Assembly (NCBI GenBank): GCA_963704735.1 | Contig: OY969935.1 | Span: forward strand, 1,847,476 to 1,911,475 | Length of the DNA: 64,000 nucleotides | From: an uncultured Solirubrobacteraceae bacterium | Lineage (GTDB): Bacteria > Actinomycetota > Thermoleophilia > Solirubrobacterales > Solirubrobacteraceae | Direction of reading: 5' to 3' | In this document: positions 62,709 through 64,000 of the stretch, piece after piece | Layout of the letters: the number at the start of each line of letters is the position of its first letter | Position numbering within the stretch: the first letter of the stretch is position 1 | Position numbers and translations under genes: made by a program | The notes under the pieces: model-generated | Told to the model about the DNA's origin: nothing | The model's database searches: none | The model's input: the letters and a program-made list of their open reading frames with translations, nothing else

Positions 62709-63615
62709 CGCCCCCGCACCGGCGCCGGCGGGCGCGAGCGGAGCCGGCGGCACGGGCGTCGGCGGGCGCTTCGCGCTGCGCCTGGGGCCGGCAGGGCGCC
62801 GGCGAGCCGGCGGGCCACGTGCGGGAGGCGGCCTGCGTGGAGCGGGAGCGCTCGGCAAGGGTCTGATCGGGATCTATCTCTCGGTGCTGGTTCTGCTGCC
62901 CGTGGCGGCCCTGCTGGCGAAGTCCGGCAGCGGCGGCGTGGGCGCGTTCTGGAGCGAGGTCACCGGGCCGGAGGCGCGGGCCGCGATCAAGCTGACGCTG
63001 GCGATGTCGGCGATCGTGGTCGCGGTGAACGCGTTCTTCGGGACGCTGATCGCGTGGGTGCTCGTGCGTGACGAGTTCCCGGGCAAGCGCATCGTCAACG
63101 CGCTGATCGACCTCCCGTTCGCGCTACCCACGATCGTCGCGGGGCTCGTGCTGCTGACGCTCTACGGGAAGAACAGCCCGGTGGGCATCGACGTGGCGTT
63201 CACGCGCGCATCGATCGTGCTGGCGCTGCTGTTCGTCACGCTGCCGTTCGTCGTCAGATCGGTGCAGCCGGTGCTCATCGATCTCGACCGCTCGATGGAG
63301 GAGGCCGCCGCGTCGCTGGGCGCCGGCTCGCTGACGGTGCTGCGACGGATCGTCCTGCCAACGCTGACACCGGCGATCGTGTCGGGGGTCGCGCTCAGCT
63401 TCGCACGGGCGATCGGCGAGTACGGGTCGCTGGTCTTGATCACCGGCAACCTGCCGTTCAAGACCGAGGTCGGCTCGGTGTACGTGTTCGGGCAGATCCA
63501 GAACGAAAACCTCGCGGGAGCGGCGGCTGTGTCGGTCGTGCTCCTGCTCGCGGCGCTCGTGGTGCTCGGCGGCCTCACGGCCGTTTCGCGATGGAGGTCC
63601 AAGCATGTGCTCTAG
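62698..63615 (+). CDS. cysT: Sulfate ABC permease CysT; start uncertain (CTG 62698 or GTG 62884)
   Basis: AWVLVRD-FPGK, DLPFALPTIVAG, EEAAASLGA, GEYGS. Confidence 0.93.
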   Translation: MPSSAPAPAPAGASGAGGTGVGGRFALRLGPAGRRRAGGPRAGGGLRGAGALGKGLIGIYLSVLVLLPVAALLAKSGSGGVGAFWSEVTGPEARAAIKLTLAMSAIVVAVNAFFGTLIAWVLVRDEFPGKRIVNALIDLPFALPTIVAGLVLLTLYGKNSPVGIDVAFTRASIVLALLFVTLPFVVRSVQPVLIDLDRSMEEAAASLGAGSLTVLRRIVLPTLTPAIVSGVALSFARAIGEYGSLVLITGNLPFKTEVGSVYVFGQIQNENLAGAAAVSVVLLLAALVVLGGLTAVSRWRSKHVL

Positions 63616-63644
63616 GGCGCAGCTTCCGCAGCCGGGGTACGGGC

Positions 63645-64000
63645 ATGCCTGAGTCGGTCGCCGTGAGCGCGCATCCTGGCGGGTATGGGCTTCCTCGCGG
63701 CGTCGGCCCCGCGGGGCATCCGGCCCCGCGCACGGGCGTGCGGAGGACCCGTGCCAAGCGCCTGGGAGTGCGGACCGTGGCGCTCGGGTATCTCGCGCTG
63801 CTGCTGATGGCGCCTGTGGCGATGATCTTCTACCGGACCTTCGAACATGGTCTCGCGCCCGTGTGGAACGCGCTCAGCGCACCGAACGCCGTGCACGCGT
63901 TCTGGCTTTCGATCGAGATCACCGCGATCGCCGTGCCGTTGAACACGGTGTTCGGGATCGGCATGGCCCTGCTGCTGGAGCGCGGCCGGTTCAGGGGCAA
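63645..64000 (+). CDS. cysW: Sulfate ABC permease CysW, 3'-truncated by window edge
   Basis: Open frame from ATG 63645: ALGYLALLLMAPV...IAVPLNTVFGI...RGRFRG. Confidence 0.88.
   Translation, partial: MPESVAVSAHPGGYGLPRGVGPAGHPAPRTGVRRTRAKRLGVRTVALGYLALLLMAPVAMIFYRTFEHGLAPVWNALSAPNAVHAFWLSIEITAIAVPLNTVFGIGMALLLERGRFRG

Overview
High-GC core-genome window of an actinobacterium, most likely Thermoleophilia/Solirubrobacterales (inferred from gene content and protein style, not from a marker gene). It is mostly housekeeping genes: lepA, murJ, rpsT, holA, leuS, tRNA-Ala(GGC), xth, rsfS-nadD-proA-proB-obgE, rpmA-rplU, RNase E/G, maf-mreBCD-mrdA-rodA, ndk, tig-clpP-clpX-folC, secG, ccmEF and a sulfate ABC operon. 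It also has a MacAB-type ABC exporter cluster and a Mg2+-type NRAMP next to a soluble MgtE protein. I found no mobile element, CRISPR array or rRNA. Best leads: (1) a compact, highly structured, apparently free-standing ncRNA of about 160 nt between lepA and murJ (5022-5180, +); (2) a 24-codon acidic/Pro leader peptide (MDGEEP...) with alternative RNA pairings upstream of the Mg-type NRAMP, a candidate ribosome-based Mg2+ sensor; (3) a presenilin/SPP-like GxGD membrane protease; (4) an unannotated 51-aa leaderless protein sharing a bidirectional promoter with tig; (5) a lytic transglycosylase with a sigma28-type promoter and two degenerate peptidase domains. Many genes look leaderless (TANNNT 6-8 nt before the start codon). 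Six single-base frameshifts (rne and the ABC exporter operon) are probably sequencing/assembly errors. All family assignments come from motif recognition by eye; no searches were run.
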